DNA from: Octopus bimaculoides
Taxonomy: Eukaryota
Direction of reading: 5' to 3'
NCBI RefSeq assembly: GCF_001194135.2
Contig: NC_069003.1
Span: forward strand, 5,091,723 to 5,155,722
DNA length: 64,000 nucleotides
Below the pieces are notes generated by a model. The model ran no database searches. It saw only the letters and a program-made list of their open reading frames with translations, and had not been told where the DNA came from. Numbering within the stretch: position 1 is the first letter of the stretch; each line of letters begins with the position of its first letter. The position numbers and the translations under genes were made by a program. This document shows, in pieces, positions 1-11,151 of this stretch.

Positions 1-357
1 CTCCTCTTCGGGTGGCCTTCATTTCCGCCTCCTCTTCCTTCTTCTCCAGCATTTTTTCTATTTTTCCTTTTCTTTTTCTTCTCCTTCTTCAACTCTTTTA
101 TTTTCTTTCTTTCTTTCTTTCTTCTCCGCCTTCTTTTTCCTTCTTTTCTTCTTCCTTTACCGTCTTATTCGTTTTCCGTCTTGTTTTTCTTCTTTCTTCC
201 GTTCCACTTCTCTTTTCTCTTTATTTGGCCCTTCCTTTCTTTCATTTTCTTGTTGTTGTTGTTGCTGTTGTTGTTGTTGTTGTTGCTGTTGTTGTCATTC
301 TTCTTCTTCTTCTCCTCCTCCTCTTTTTTTATAAGAATGATAATTATGAAGAGGATT

Positions 358-390
<33 letters not shown>

Positions 391-391
391 G

Positions 392-443
<52 letters not shown>

Positions 444-462
444 CATTATTATTCCAAAGAGG
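1..462. repeat. Compound low-complexity/trinucleotide microsatellite (TCT, TGT, CAT, TAT)
   Basis: Direct reading: successive (tgt)n, (cat)n and (tat)n runs. Confidence 0.95.
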
Positions 463-469
463 GATGAAC

Positions 470-730
470 CAATACTTGGGTAAGTGAACAGGAGCAAGGG
501 TTAAGAATTTATTCAGAGGGGATAAATATGGCGCCGTTTCTTTACGGCAGCTGTGTACAACGTCGCAATCAAATTAACAGATCGGTGGACTCTAACCAAA
601 ATACCCGAAACTAAAATAAAGTTAAACCGGATGGAGGCGTTGTTTCGTCCCCTAACCACGCCTCGTGAACTTCCGGTTGTGATTAGTTTTATATTTTTAT
701 GTCTTCACCACCAAGAAATTTTTATCGTAC
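470..730. repeat. Unclassified interspersed repeat or regulatory island
   Basis: ggagcaagggttaagaatttattc (491-514) matches ggagctaggttaaggatttattc (28875-28897) at about 21/24; also carries YY1-like aatatggcg and ETS-like acttccggt. Confidence 0.3.
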
Positions 731-734
731 CTAA

Positions 735-1600
735 TTGGGCCCTACACCACCTCACTTTATTCCAAGTACCGTAGTTCGCTGCAGCACAGAACAGCTCGCC
801 ACAGCCCACACTTGCACGCCTCAGATCGCCTTAATTCACTCCAAGACAACCTCAATCCACAGCAGCCATAGCCCATCCCAAATCATACTAGCCCACTTCA
901 GTCTTTCGAGCCAACGTCAGCCCTTCTCAGCCAATTTCAACCCATTCCAGGTTACCCCAGCTCACTTCAGCCCATCCCAGCACAACTCGGCCCACCTCAG
1001 CTCACAACGGCTCACCTCAGGCACCCTTGCTTACCTCAGTTCTCTCCAACCAGCTTTATTCAATCTCAACCTACCTCAGCCCACTAGCATAGCTATAGTG
1101 TGTACCGCCACAGGCGGTCCTTCTGTTTGCCGTCCCCGGACCCCACAAAAATCACATATTGCTTACAGCAGACCCAAAAGTGCCGCCCGGGGCTGATCGC
1201 CGCTACGGCCCTCCTCCTAGCTGTGCTAGTGTCCAGCCGATCTCAGTCCACCATAGCTCTTCCCAGCTAATCTCAGCCCCGCCAAACTCATTTCCAGCCA
1301 AACTCATTCCACGCCAGTCTACCCCAACTCACCGCAGCCCACAAAAGAGCAACTCAGCTCATCTCATCCGAGCCTGGCTCATTTTAGCCCACATCAATCC
1401 ACCTCAGCTTACCCTCCGCCCTCAACTTCAGCCCACACAAGACTCACCCCAGCCATTCTCAGCCAACTTCAGCTCACTCCTATCCATTTCAGCTTACCCC
1501 AGACTATTTTAACTCACCTCTGACCCCTCCGGCCTACCTACCTCTACTCCACCAACCTCAACTTCCTCTGCCCATCTCAGATTTTCTCAGCTCTTTCTAA
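735..1600 (+). repeat. Degenerate 5/10-bp pentamer satellite (CTCAG/CCCAG/AGCTC), C-rich on +
   Basis: Repeating ctcag, cccag, agctc and cccac units with strong C-over-G skew. Confidence 0.8.
1082..1231. mobile_element. Candidate CACTA/EnSpm-like MITE (150 bp) with 14-bp terminal inverted repeats
   Basis: cactagcatagcta (1082-1095) pairs with tagctgtgctagtg (1218-1231), 13/14; ends CACTA...TAGTG; flanks gcc/tcc are an imperfect 3-bp TSD; GC-rich interior differs from the surrounding array. Confidence 0.45.
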
Positions 1601-1740
1601 AATATTCCTCCTATAGACGTATCTACTGATAAGAGAGCCTCTGTGTGTGTGTATTTGTGTGCGTGCATGTGCGCGCATGTGCGTGCATGTGCGTGAATGC
1701 GCGTATGTGCACGTGTATGTGTATGTGTCTGGCTATGTGT

Positions 1741-1936
1741 GTCTGTGTTTGTGCTGGTACCTGACAACTGCTTTACACCTGGTGTTGGTTTGTTTATGTC
1801 CCAGTGAATTAGCGGTTCGGCAAAGGATTCCGGTAGGATAAGTACCGGGCCTATAAGTCGATTTGCTCAACTAAACTCTTCCAGCGGGTGCTCCAGAACG
1901 GCCGCAACCCAATCACTGAAACAAGTAAAAGAATAA
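1741..1936 (+). mobile_element. SINE family B, 3' half
   Basis: ttagcggttcggcaaa...aataagtac...ctgaaacaagtaaaaga tail shared with the copy at 7388-7670. Confidence 0.8.
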
Positions 1937-1959
1937 CAGCCTAAAAGAATATATATGAA

Positions 1960-1999
<40 letters not shown>

Positions 2000-2859
2000 A
2001 GTAGGTTCGTGGTTTATAGGTATATGTGTGAGTTCGTGTGTGTGTAGGTGCGTGAGAGTGTGTGATTTGCTTTATGTGTTTGTATGTAACTGTGTACGTG
2101 TTTATACATGTGTTTTCGGATGCGTGTATCCTTATCAGAAGCCATGTTTTGTTTCTTCCGTATGCATGCATAGCTGTGCATTCACGCGAATGTATATACA
2201 TGGAAGCATGCATGTGTAAATAAATAAATAAATAAATAAATAAATGTGTNNNNNNNNNNNNNNNNNNNNNNNNNNNNNNNNNNNNNNNNNNNNNNNNNNN
2301 NNNNNNNNNNNNNNNNNNNNNNNNNNNNNNNNNNNNNNNNNNNNNNNNNNNNNNNNNNNNNNNNNNNNNNNNNNNNNNNNNNNNNNNNNNNNNNNNNNNN
2401 NNNNNNNNNNNNNNNNNNNNNNNNNNNNNNNNNNNNNNNNNNNNNNNNNNNNNNNNNNNNNNNNNNNNNNNNNNNNNNNNNNNNNNNNNNNNNNNNNNNN
2501 NNNNNNNNNNNNNNNNNNNNNNNNNNNNNNNNNNNNNNNNNNNNNNNNNNNNNNNNNNNNNNNNNNNNNNNNNNNNNNNNNNNNNNNNNNNNNNNNNNNN
2601 NNNNNNNNNNNNNNNNNNNNNNNNNNNNNNNNNNNNNNNNNNNNNNNNNNNNNNNNNNNNNNNNNNNNNNNNNNNNNNNNNNNNNNNNNNNNNNNNNNNN
2701 NNNNNNNNNNNNNNNNNNNNNNNNNNNNNNNNNNNNNNNNNNNNNNNNNNNNNNNNNNNNNNNNNNNNNNNNNNNNNNNNNNNNNNNNNNNNNNNNNNNN
2801 NNNNNNNNNNNNNNNNNNNNNNNNNNNNNNNNNNNNNNNNNNNNNNNNNNNNNNNNNNN

Positions 2860-2890
<31 letters not shown>

Positions 2891-3117
2891 TTATTTCACT
2901 TGGCTTGTTGGTTCTTTTATTCGTTTATTTATTTCTGTATTTGTTTATTTATCGGAGCATTTAAAGCATCGCTTCACAGACAAGAATTTATCACACAGCC
3001 TGATAAATTCGATATGTTATACCATTTGACGTCTAATAAAATATAGCTTCTCCGACTAAATATCTGGGGTACAGTTAGGATTGTGTGTTGTTATACACAC
3101 TACGTAAAAAGATAGAC

Positions 3118-3745
<628 letters not shown>

Positions 3746-5160
3746 AACCAAACTAGATTTCTCTCTCTCGCTTTCTCTCTCTCCTCGCCCTCTCTCTCAC
3801 TCACTCCCCCTCCCCCTCTCTACTTCTTTCTAATATCATAAATATTTACTCCTTGATATTCGATTACGTCCATCAGTGTCAGCCGTATCTCCGTTCTCTG
3901 CCGACGATTTACACCGATTTTTCTTATTAGGCAGGGACACACCTGCAGACATGTTTCGACATCGTTCCAGCTCATCACTCAAACCTTCTCTCCATATACA
4001 CACTCACCATGCACACACACATCACCACCACCACCACCACCACCACTACCACCACCACACGCATATATATCTATATAATATAACATATTATAGCATTATA
4101 TATTATGCATGCATATATATTCAGTGATGTGTTCTCAATAAATTTTTTACTCTTATCTCAGTATAGGATCAGACCATCAATAAATGTATCGTTGTCATTC
4201 TTAAATTTGCTAATAATGTTTTATACATAAATACATATATATATAAATACATATATATATNNNNNNNNNNNNNNNNNNNNNNNNNNNNNNNNNNNNNNNN
4301 NNNNNNNNNNNNNNNNNNNNNNNNNNNNNNNNNNNNNNNNNNNNNNNNNNNNNNNNNNNNNNNNNNNNNNNNNNNNNNNNNNNNNNNNNNNNNNNNNNNN
4401 NNNNNNNNNNNNNNNNNNNNNNNNNNNNNNNNNNNNNNNNNNNNNNNNNNNNNNNNNNNNNNNNNNNNNNNNNNNNNNNNNNNNNNNNNNNNNNNNNNNN
4501 NNNNNNNNNNNNNNNNNNNNNNNNNNNNNNNNNNNNNNNNNNNNNNNNNNNNNNNNNNNNNNNNNNNNNNNNNNNNNNNNNNNNNNNNNNNNNNNNNNNN
4601 NNNNNNNNNNNNNNNNNNNNNNNNNNNNNNNNNNNNNNNNNNNNNNNNNNNNNNNNNNNNNNNNNNNNNNNNNNNNNNNNNNNNNNNNNNNNNNNNNNNN
4701 NNNNNNNNNNNNNNNNNNNNNNNNNNNNNNNNNNNNNNNNNNNNNNNNNNNNNNNNNNNNNNNNNNNNNNNNNNNNNNNNNNNNNNNNNNNNNNNNNNNN
4801 NNNNNNNNNNNNNNNNNNNNNNNNNNNNNNNNNNNNNNNNNNNNNNNNNNNNNNNNNNNNNNNNNNNNNNNNNNNNNNNNNNNNNNNNNNNNNNNNNNNN
4901 NNNNNNNNNNNNNNNNNNNNNNNNNNNNNNNNNNNNNNNNNNNNNNNNNNNNNNNNNNNNNNNNNNNNNNNNNNNNNNNNNNNNNNNNNNNNNNNNNNNN
5001 NNNNNNNNNNNNNNNNNNNNNNNNNNNNNNNNNNNNNNNNNNNNNNNNNNNNNNNNNNNNNNNNNNNNNNNNNNNNNNNNNNNNNNNNNNNNNNNNNNNN
5101 NNNNNNNNNNNNNNNNNNNNNNNNNNNNNNNNNNNNNNNNNNNNNNNNNNNNNNNNNNNA

Positions 5161-5212
5161 GGACGTGATTTGGGAGAGATTTCGCTGCTATTTCTACGAG
5201 GTCGAGACACCA
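5161..5212 (+). repeat. Short interspersed family X (gagggagatttggctgctatttctagc-like core)
   Basis: Related cores at about 11620-11670, 27835-27870, 49045-49085 (-), 54345-54385, 54665-54710 and 58125-58190. Confidence 0.65.
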
Positions 5213-5464
5213 TGGTGAGACTCCTCCGGATCAAACAGAGTTGTAAACGACCCCTGCGGGCAGATCTATACAATGACCCAGTTTCGATTCCCTATTGGGG
5301 ATATTACGCTTCAGTAACGCCACGTGCCTGCTTCGTGTTCGGCCATAGTGAAATATCATGGTGAGAAGCGAAAGGTCACGGTTGACTAACTTCTTCCTAA
5401 GATTTGTTGTTGTTGTTGTCGTTATTGTCGTCTTCATTCTTCAGCCGCAGCCTTCTTCTCCTTG

Positions 5465-5665
5465 CTTCAGTCATTAGACTGTGGCCATGCTGGGGCATCG
5501 CCTTGAAGAATTTTTAGTCGAATGAATCTATACCTGTGCGTATTTTCTTTTTAAGCCTGCTACTTATTCTATCGATGTCTCTTGCCGAGCCGCTGAGGTT
5601 ACGGGAACGTAAACATACCAACACCGGCTGTCAAGCGGTTGTGGGAGAGAAACACAAGCACAGAC
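5465..5665 (-). mobile_element. SINE family B, 3' half
   Basis: Reverse complement of the family B tail (cttgcttcagtcatt...tacttattctatcg...ccgctgaggttacggg). Confidence 0.8.
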
Positions 5666-5669
5666 ATAT

Positions 5670-5748
5670 AAATACCCACCCACACACACACACATATACA
5701 TACATACATACATACATGCATACATACCTACATACATACACACACACA

Positions 5749-5782
<34 letters not shown>

Positions 5783-5871
5783 CATACATACATATATACA
5801 TACATACATACATACATACATACATAGACACACACACACATTCATGCATGCATGCATATATACATACATAC

Positions 5872-5903
<32 letters not shown>

Positions 5904-5990
5904 GGACAGACAGACAGACAGACAGACAGACAGAAGGACGGACGGACGGACGGACGGACGGATGGATGGATGGATGGATGGACGGATACG
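5670..5990. repeat. Graded tetranucleotide array (TACA)n-(GATA)n-(GACA)n-(GGAC)n-(GGAT)n
   Basis: Direct reading. Confidence 0.95.
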
Positions 5991-6073
5991 TATATAGAAA
6001 GATATATTGACAAATTGGGAAACAAGTATGAAAAACGGTAGAGAGGTAAAGCGGAGTGATATACAAGAACTGA

Positions 6074-6130
6074 TGATGTCACTCGTGACGTCACAACTCT
6101 TTATAGGCTGACACTTTCTAAATGGCGCGT
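6074..6130. promoter_or_regulatory. Tandem CRE-like sites with adjacent TATA-like and YY1-like motifs
   Basis: TGATGTCA 6074-6081; perfect gTGACGTCAc 6085-6094; TATAAAG on - strand at about 6099-6105; aaATGGCG at about 6120. Confidence 0.3.
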
Positions 6131-7199
6131 TATTGCGCGGTCGATGAGGAACTACGCTGCGAATTCCCACTCCTTCTGTTTACATGGACACCGTGTTTGT
6201 GCGAAACACTTCCCTGCTTGTCTGCGAGCGTTCCCACAGGACCGGACAGGGGCCAACTGCAATGTTATCCTAGGATGCAGTTCATTACATGTTGGAGAGT
6301 AACACGAGGTAATGGGGACTGGTGGCGTGGTGGTAGTGGTGGTGGTGGTGGTGNNNNNNNNNNNNNNNNNNNNNNNNNNNNNNNNNNNNNNNNNNNNNNN
6401 NNNNNNNNNNNNNNNNNNNNNNNNNNNNNNNNNNNNNNNNNNNNNNNNNNNNNNNNNNNNNNNNNNNNNNNNNNNNNNNNNNNNNNNNNNNNNNNNNNNN
6501 NNNNNNNNNNNNNNNNNNNNNNNNNNNNNNNNNNNNNNNNNNNNNNNNNNNNNNNNNNNNNNNNNNNNNNNNNNNNNNNNNNNNNNNNNNNNNNNNNNNN
6601 NNNNNNNNNNNNNNNNNNNNNNNNNNNNNNNNNNNNNNNNNNNNNNNNNNNNNNNNNNNNNNNNNNNNNNNNNNNNNNNNNNNNNNNNNNNNNNNNNNNN
6701 NNNNNNNNNNNNNNNNNNNNNNNNNNNNNNNNNNNNNNNNNNNNNNNNNNNNNNNNNNNNNNNNNNNNNNNNNNNNNNNNNNNNNNNNNNNNNNNNNNNN
6801 NNNNNNNNNNNNNNNNNNNNNNNNNNNNNNNNNNNNNNNNNNNNNNNNNNNNNNNNNNNNNNNNNNNNNNNNNNNNNNNNNNNNNNNNNNNNNNNNNNNN
6901 NNNNNNNNNNNNNNNNNNNNNNNNNNNNNNNNNNNNNNNNNNNNNNNNNNNNNNNNNNNNNNNNNNNNNNNNNNNNNNNNNNNNNNNNNNNNNNNNNNNN
7001 NNNNNNNNNNNNNNNNNNNNNNNNNNNNNNNNNNNNNNNNNNNNNNNNNNNNNNNNNNNNNNNNNNNNNNNNNNNNNNNNNNNNNNNNNNNNNNNNNNNN
7101 NNNNNNNNNNNNNNNNNNNNNNNNNNNNNNNNNNNNNNNNNNNNNNNNNNNNNNNNNNNNNNNNNNNNNNNNNNNNNNNNNNNNNNNNNNATATATATA

Positions 7200-7385
7200 G
7201 TCAATCCAAACAAGAACAAGCAAGAAAAAACAGCAACGCGAGGACGTGGAATAAGTACAGTGTTATTGGACGCTCAGGAAAGGAAAGAAAAGAAAGAGGA
7301 TCTTACGCTTCGAGCGGAGCTCTTCATCAGAAGTATAGAAAAAGTCCAAAGAAGGGAAGACGGAGAAAGAAAATCGCGAGAGTGG
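7200..7385 (-). mobile_element. Penelope-like-derived short repeat carrying a minimal hammerhead motif
   Basis: - strand CTGATGA-A-GAGC-tcc-GCTC-GAAG-CGT; similar layout to 52610-52770. Confidence 0.55.
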
Positions 7386-7387
7386 AT

Positions 7388-7670
7388 TGTGAGTGGATTT
7401 GGTAGACGGAAACTGAAAGAAGCCCTTAGTGTATGTGTATGTGTGTGTGCTTGGGGGTCTGTGTTTGCCCCCCCCCCACTCACCAAACATCGCTTGACAA
7501 CTGATGCTGGTGTGTTTACGCCTCCATAATTTAGCGGCTCGGCAAAAGAGCGAGAGAATAAGTACTAGGCTTACAAAGAATTAGCCCTGGGGTCATTTTG
7601 CTCGACCAAAGGTGGTACTCCAGCGTGGATGAAGTCAAATGACTGAAACAAGTAAAAGACTAAAAGAATA
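7388..7670 (+). mobile_element. SINE family B (tRNA-headed, CORE-like; resembles the octopus OR-type SINEs)
   Basis: ttgtgagtggatttggtagacggaaactgaaagaagccc, internal (TG)n, and 3' tail aaatgactgaaacaagtaaaaga. Confidence 0.85.
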
Positions 7671-7671
7671 T

Positions 7672-8020
7672 TCAAAGAGCATTCTCGAACTTTTTGAACA
7701 TTTTACAGAAAAGACATTTATTAATTTCAAAGAAATACAAAACTCCTTCAAAGTACGATCGTCTAACTTCAATGCCTTGTAGTGCTCCATCCACTTCGTG
7801 CAGTCCCTATGGAAGTTCTTCAAAGTGAAGATATCCAGGATCCTCATCTGTCACAGTCTTCTTCATCTTCAAAACGACTGCCCCTGAGATTCCCCTTCAT
7901 CTTGAGAGAACAACCAAAAGCCACAAGGGACAAGGTCGAACTGTAAGGACTGTGGGACAGTATTTGTTTCCCCCATCTCTGTCAAGGAGCTAGTTTATGA
8001 GAATGTTTGTCACTATGAAC
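7672..8020 (-). pseudogene. Mariner transposase C-terminal remnant
   Basis: - strand reads approximately LTEMG..TVPQ-PYS..DL.PCGFWL..KMKGNLRGSRFED...LDIFTLKNFHRDCTKWMEHY...YFEG with frameshifts (YSPDL region of DD34D mariners). Confidence 0.85.
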
Positions 8021-8021
8021 A

Positions 8022-8310
8022 CTCAGGACCAGACCATCAATCGAGGGTTCTACTGCGAAGTTTTGATGCTTTTGAGGGAGGACTATCGGTGAAAACGACC
8101 GGATCTGTGGAGCACGAAGAACTAGGTTCTTCCCGACGACAAATGCACCGAACTCTCCTCATTCGTGAGTTTCTCGCCGAAAAAGAAAAACAAAAAGGTC
8201 CTCGAATCAATTACAGGAAACAACTTCCAAATCAGATTCCAAAAAGAGCAGCAACACTAGGACTGGTGTGGTGCTGCGCAATGTGACTATTTCGAAGGAG
8301 ATGATGTTAA
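8022..8310 (+). pseudogene. Second mariner transposase remnant, internally deleted
   Basis: + strand reads QTINRGFYCEVL..LREDYR*KRPDLW...DNA...TLLIREFLAEK, then ...FQK..QH*DWCGAAQCDYFEGD. Confidence 0.8.
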
Positions 8311-8322
8311 AACTTAGGCAAA

Positions 8323-8388
<66 letters not shown>

Positions 8389-9000
8389 GCATAACTACTC
8401 CCCGTCGAAACTGACTGAGATCCAGTTCCCTTTTGTATTTCTGCATTTGTTCTGGAGGAGTGTGTGAGTGCCTCTCTGTGTGTGGTGTGTGTGTGGGGGG
8501 GGGGGAGGTGTATCTATACATATATGCGTATGTGCAGGTGTGTGTGCATATGTATACACGTCTGTGTGCACGTGTGCTAGTGTATGTGTCAATGCATGTG
8601 CGTGTACGTGTTGTGTGTTTACTTGTGTGCGCGTGTGCATGGATTCTTCTGCGTGTACGTGTGCATGTGCGTGTGTGCGTGTGAATGCATGCGTGTGTGT
8701 GCGTGAGTGTGTGCTTGTGTGTTTACAAGTGCGTGAGGGCGTGTGTGTGTGTGTGTGTGTGTGTGCATGTGCGTGCATGCGTGTGTATACAAGTGTGTAT
8801 ATGCGTGTGTGAATGTGTGAATGTGTGTCCGCGCATGCGTTTCGTTGTGTGTGTGTGTGTGTGTGTGTATGTGTGTGTATGTGTGTGTGATGTGTGTGCT
8901 TATATATTTACTATTGGGGCATGAAAATTGAGCAAAAGAAAGAAAGCAATGAAGAACTGAAGGGAGTGCAGGAAGCAACGATTAGATAGGGTGAGAAAAC

Positions 9001-9045
<45 letters not shown>

Positions 9046-9139
9046 AAGAGAGAGAAAGAGAGAGAGAGGCAAAAGTGGGAGAGGTGGGGAGAGTGGCGAT
9101 ATTATAACGCTTGTTTTGTATTCATTGTGAAGGACGGCG

Positions 9140-9270
9140 ATCGGCGATAGGACGTCCCACGTGACGCGCCACAGCTGTGGCGGAACGATCCGCTTGGCTG
9201 GTTTTTTGTTCCCGACTGGAAGATCACTGGGGGATTATCTCTCGGTGTATATTTCTGATGTAAAATCAGA
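9140..9270. promoter_or_regulatory. CpG-rich island with clustered palindromes/E-boxes
   Basis: GACGTC 9151-9156, CACGTG 9158-9163, perfect 16-bp palindrome CGCCACAGCTGTGGCG 9167-9182. Confidence 0.35.
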
Positions 9271-9534
9271 CATGTCTCAGCGAGGGAGAGCGAGGAGAGT
9301 ATTAGAGCCGACAACAGTTATAGCGACAACGACACGAACGACAACAACAATGGCGGCAATAACATCGACAACACCAACAGCAACGGTGTTAATAACAACA
9401 ACAACAACGATGACAATAACAACAACAACGATGACAATAGCAACAACAACAACAACTATGACAATAACAAGAACAACAATAACAAAGACGAGGGCCAACA
9501 GCAGCAGATCCTAATTAAAGTACAAGACCAACAC

Positions 9535-9716
9535 TTTTGAGGGGAGGGGTTGGTTTATTAGATGCTATCGACACAAGTACTTGACTGCTGTTCTGTTTTA
9601 TCGACCCCCGGAAAGGTGAAAGGTAAGTTTGACCCCCCGACTGGATTTGAACTCAGAATGTAAAGAGTTGGAACGAATACTTCAAAATCTTTGTTACCGA
9701 CGCTCTGGCGATTCTA
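9535..9716 (-). mobile_element. SINE family A (degenerate)
   Basis: Reverse complement of gagttcaaatcc...cctttcaccttt...gtcgataaaa core. Confidence 0.8.
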
Positions 9717-9799
9717 TAACAGCTGAGGGAGACGGACCTGCAACATTAGAAGCTACAACAATAATACAAGCAACAACAACAATAAAAACAGCGGCAATA

Positions 9800-10004
9800 G
9801 GTCCAGTTCCAAGGCCTGGAATTTGAAGGGAGGGGGATGGTCGATTAGATCGACTGCAGTACTCAACTGGTACTTATTTCATCGATCCCGAAAGGATGAA
9901 ATGCAAAGTCGACCTCGGCGGAATTTGAACTCAGAACGTAGCGACGGGCGAAATGCCGCTAAGCATTTCGCCCGGCGTGTTAACGTGTCTGCCAGCTCCC
10001 CGCC

Positions 10005-10007
<3 letters not shown>
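9800..10007 (-). mobile_element. SINE family A, near full length (tRNA-derived head)
   Basis: - strand aaggcggggagctggcag... A-box, gagttcaaattcc B-box, and core ccgaggtcgactttgcatttcatcctttcgggatcgat. Confidence 0.9.
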
Positions 10008-10076
<69 letters not shown>

Positions 10077-10201
10077 GGTACCCTAGGCATAACACCTACA
10101 TGAACTTCTAACTTGTCTCTTGAGGTCTCTGGGTGAGACTTGGATCCAACTTGTACAAATGCAGAGCAAAAGTCAAACGTAAAATAATAATAATAATAAT
10201 A
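10077..10201 (+). mobile_element. 5'-truncated LINE 3' UTR inserted in (TAA)n, probably R4/Dong type
   Basis: About 107-bp unique block flanked on both sides by (TAA)n; gaggtctctgggtgagacttgga stem typical of such 3' UTRs (from memory). Confidence 0.5.
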
Positions 10202-10349
10202 AATCATGTACAGCATTCCGTACACTCGCCGTTGAATCTGTAATCAAAATTCATGCCACTGTCTTCTTTGGGTTATCTGCTCTTAGCGCGTTATCGTTTT
10301 AATTATGCAAATTACAACTGACCGAGCAGGTTTCCAACTCATCCTATAA

Positions 10350-10585
10350 AACTCCTTTTGTTACCATATTTTTGCTAGAATACACAGCTGGTGTTTCAAT
10401 AAGTGTTTAAATTAATGAGGAATTTAGTTAAATATCTTTGTCATTATCAAGCTGATGTTTGGAAACATAAATTATCGCGAAAGGATGATGAAAGCCTTCA
10501 ATTTTGATTCAAGTATTAAAACAGAAAATTTGTATCATAGAAGGAGAGTGTCTTAGTCTGGTTAGTATCAGAACAGTTCAATTTG
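10350..10585. mobile_element. Degenerate AT-rich MITE (piggyBac-like ends, eroded)
   Basis: ccttttgttaccatattt...gaaacataaatt...tttgtatcatagaa resembles a common octopus MITE as I recall it; termini degenerate. Confidence 0.35.
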
Positions 10586-10689
10586 ATGTGAAGGAAATAA
10601 AGGACAATGATATATCGACAATGAGATCTTCCATGCCGTCATCTCACGACAGATGAGGCTTCCCTAACCTCTTGCTGTACATATGCTCA

Positions 10690-10865
10690 CTCCTTCCGCC
10701 AAATTGACATTACCTGTACAGGTGCACAAATGTGCCACACGTCAGGTGTCGAAATGATCGCAGTGCAACGTTAAACGAAGTGTTTTGCTCAAGAATACAA
10801 CACACCGCCCTCTCTGGGAATCAAAAACACGATTTAACTCTGACAACTAGGCCAAGTGCCTTCAC
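10690..10865 (-). mobile_element. SINE fragment (CORE-like head)
   Basis: gcaacgttaaacgaagtgttttgctcaagaatacaacac...gggaatcaaaaacacg is the reverse complement of the family C head. Confidence 0.65.
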
Positions 10866-11110
10866 ACGTGTGATGGTAAGATCATAAAAAAAATTACATC
10901 TGGTGAGAGATAAATATTTAATAAACGCAATACATGTTTTTATGTGCTACTATTAGTTTTACGTGCTGAGAGCATGCCAAACAGTGTTTTAACACGTCTG
11001 CTGTCCCAGCACAATCATCAAACAGACGTGTGATAAAAAATGTTTGGCATGTTATCAGCACATGGAACTAAGAGTAGCACATAAAAACATTATGTTTATT
11101 AAATAATATA

Positions 11111-11151
<41 letters not shown>

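Noticed and set aside
3944-3980. Hammerhead-like GTGATGAG...CGAAACATGTC on the - strand
   Set aside because: C3 is mutated and neither stem I nor stem II pairs; counted only as a weak relic
5275-5314. CTGAAGC...GAAAC-tgg-GTC hammerhead-like string (-)
   Set aside because: A9 is missing, stem II is out of register and stem I is unpaired
6150-6300. THAP-like words (CEFP...W, RVCAKHF)
   Set aside because: They are in different frames and the spacing is far too short for a THAP domain
9102-9314. ORF with cadherin-like RDNPPVIF
   Set aside because: Single short motif without the other EC-domain signatures (DxD, LDRE, DxG) or supporting splice sites
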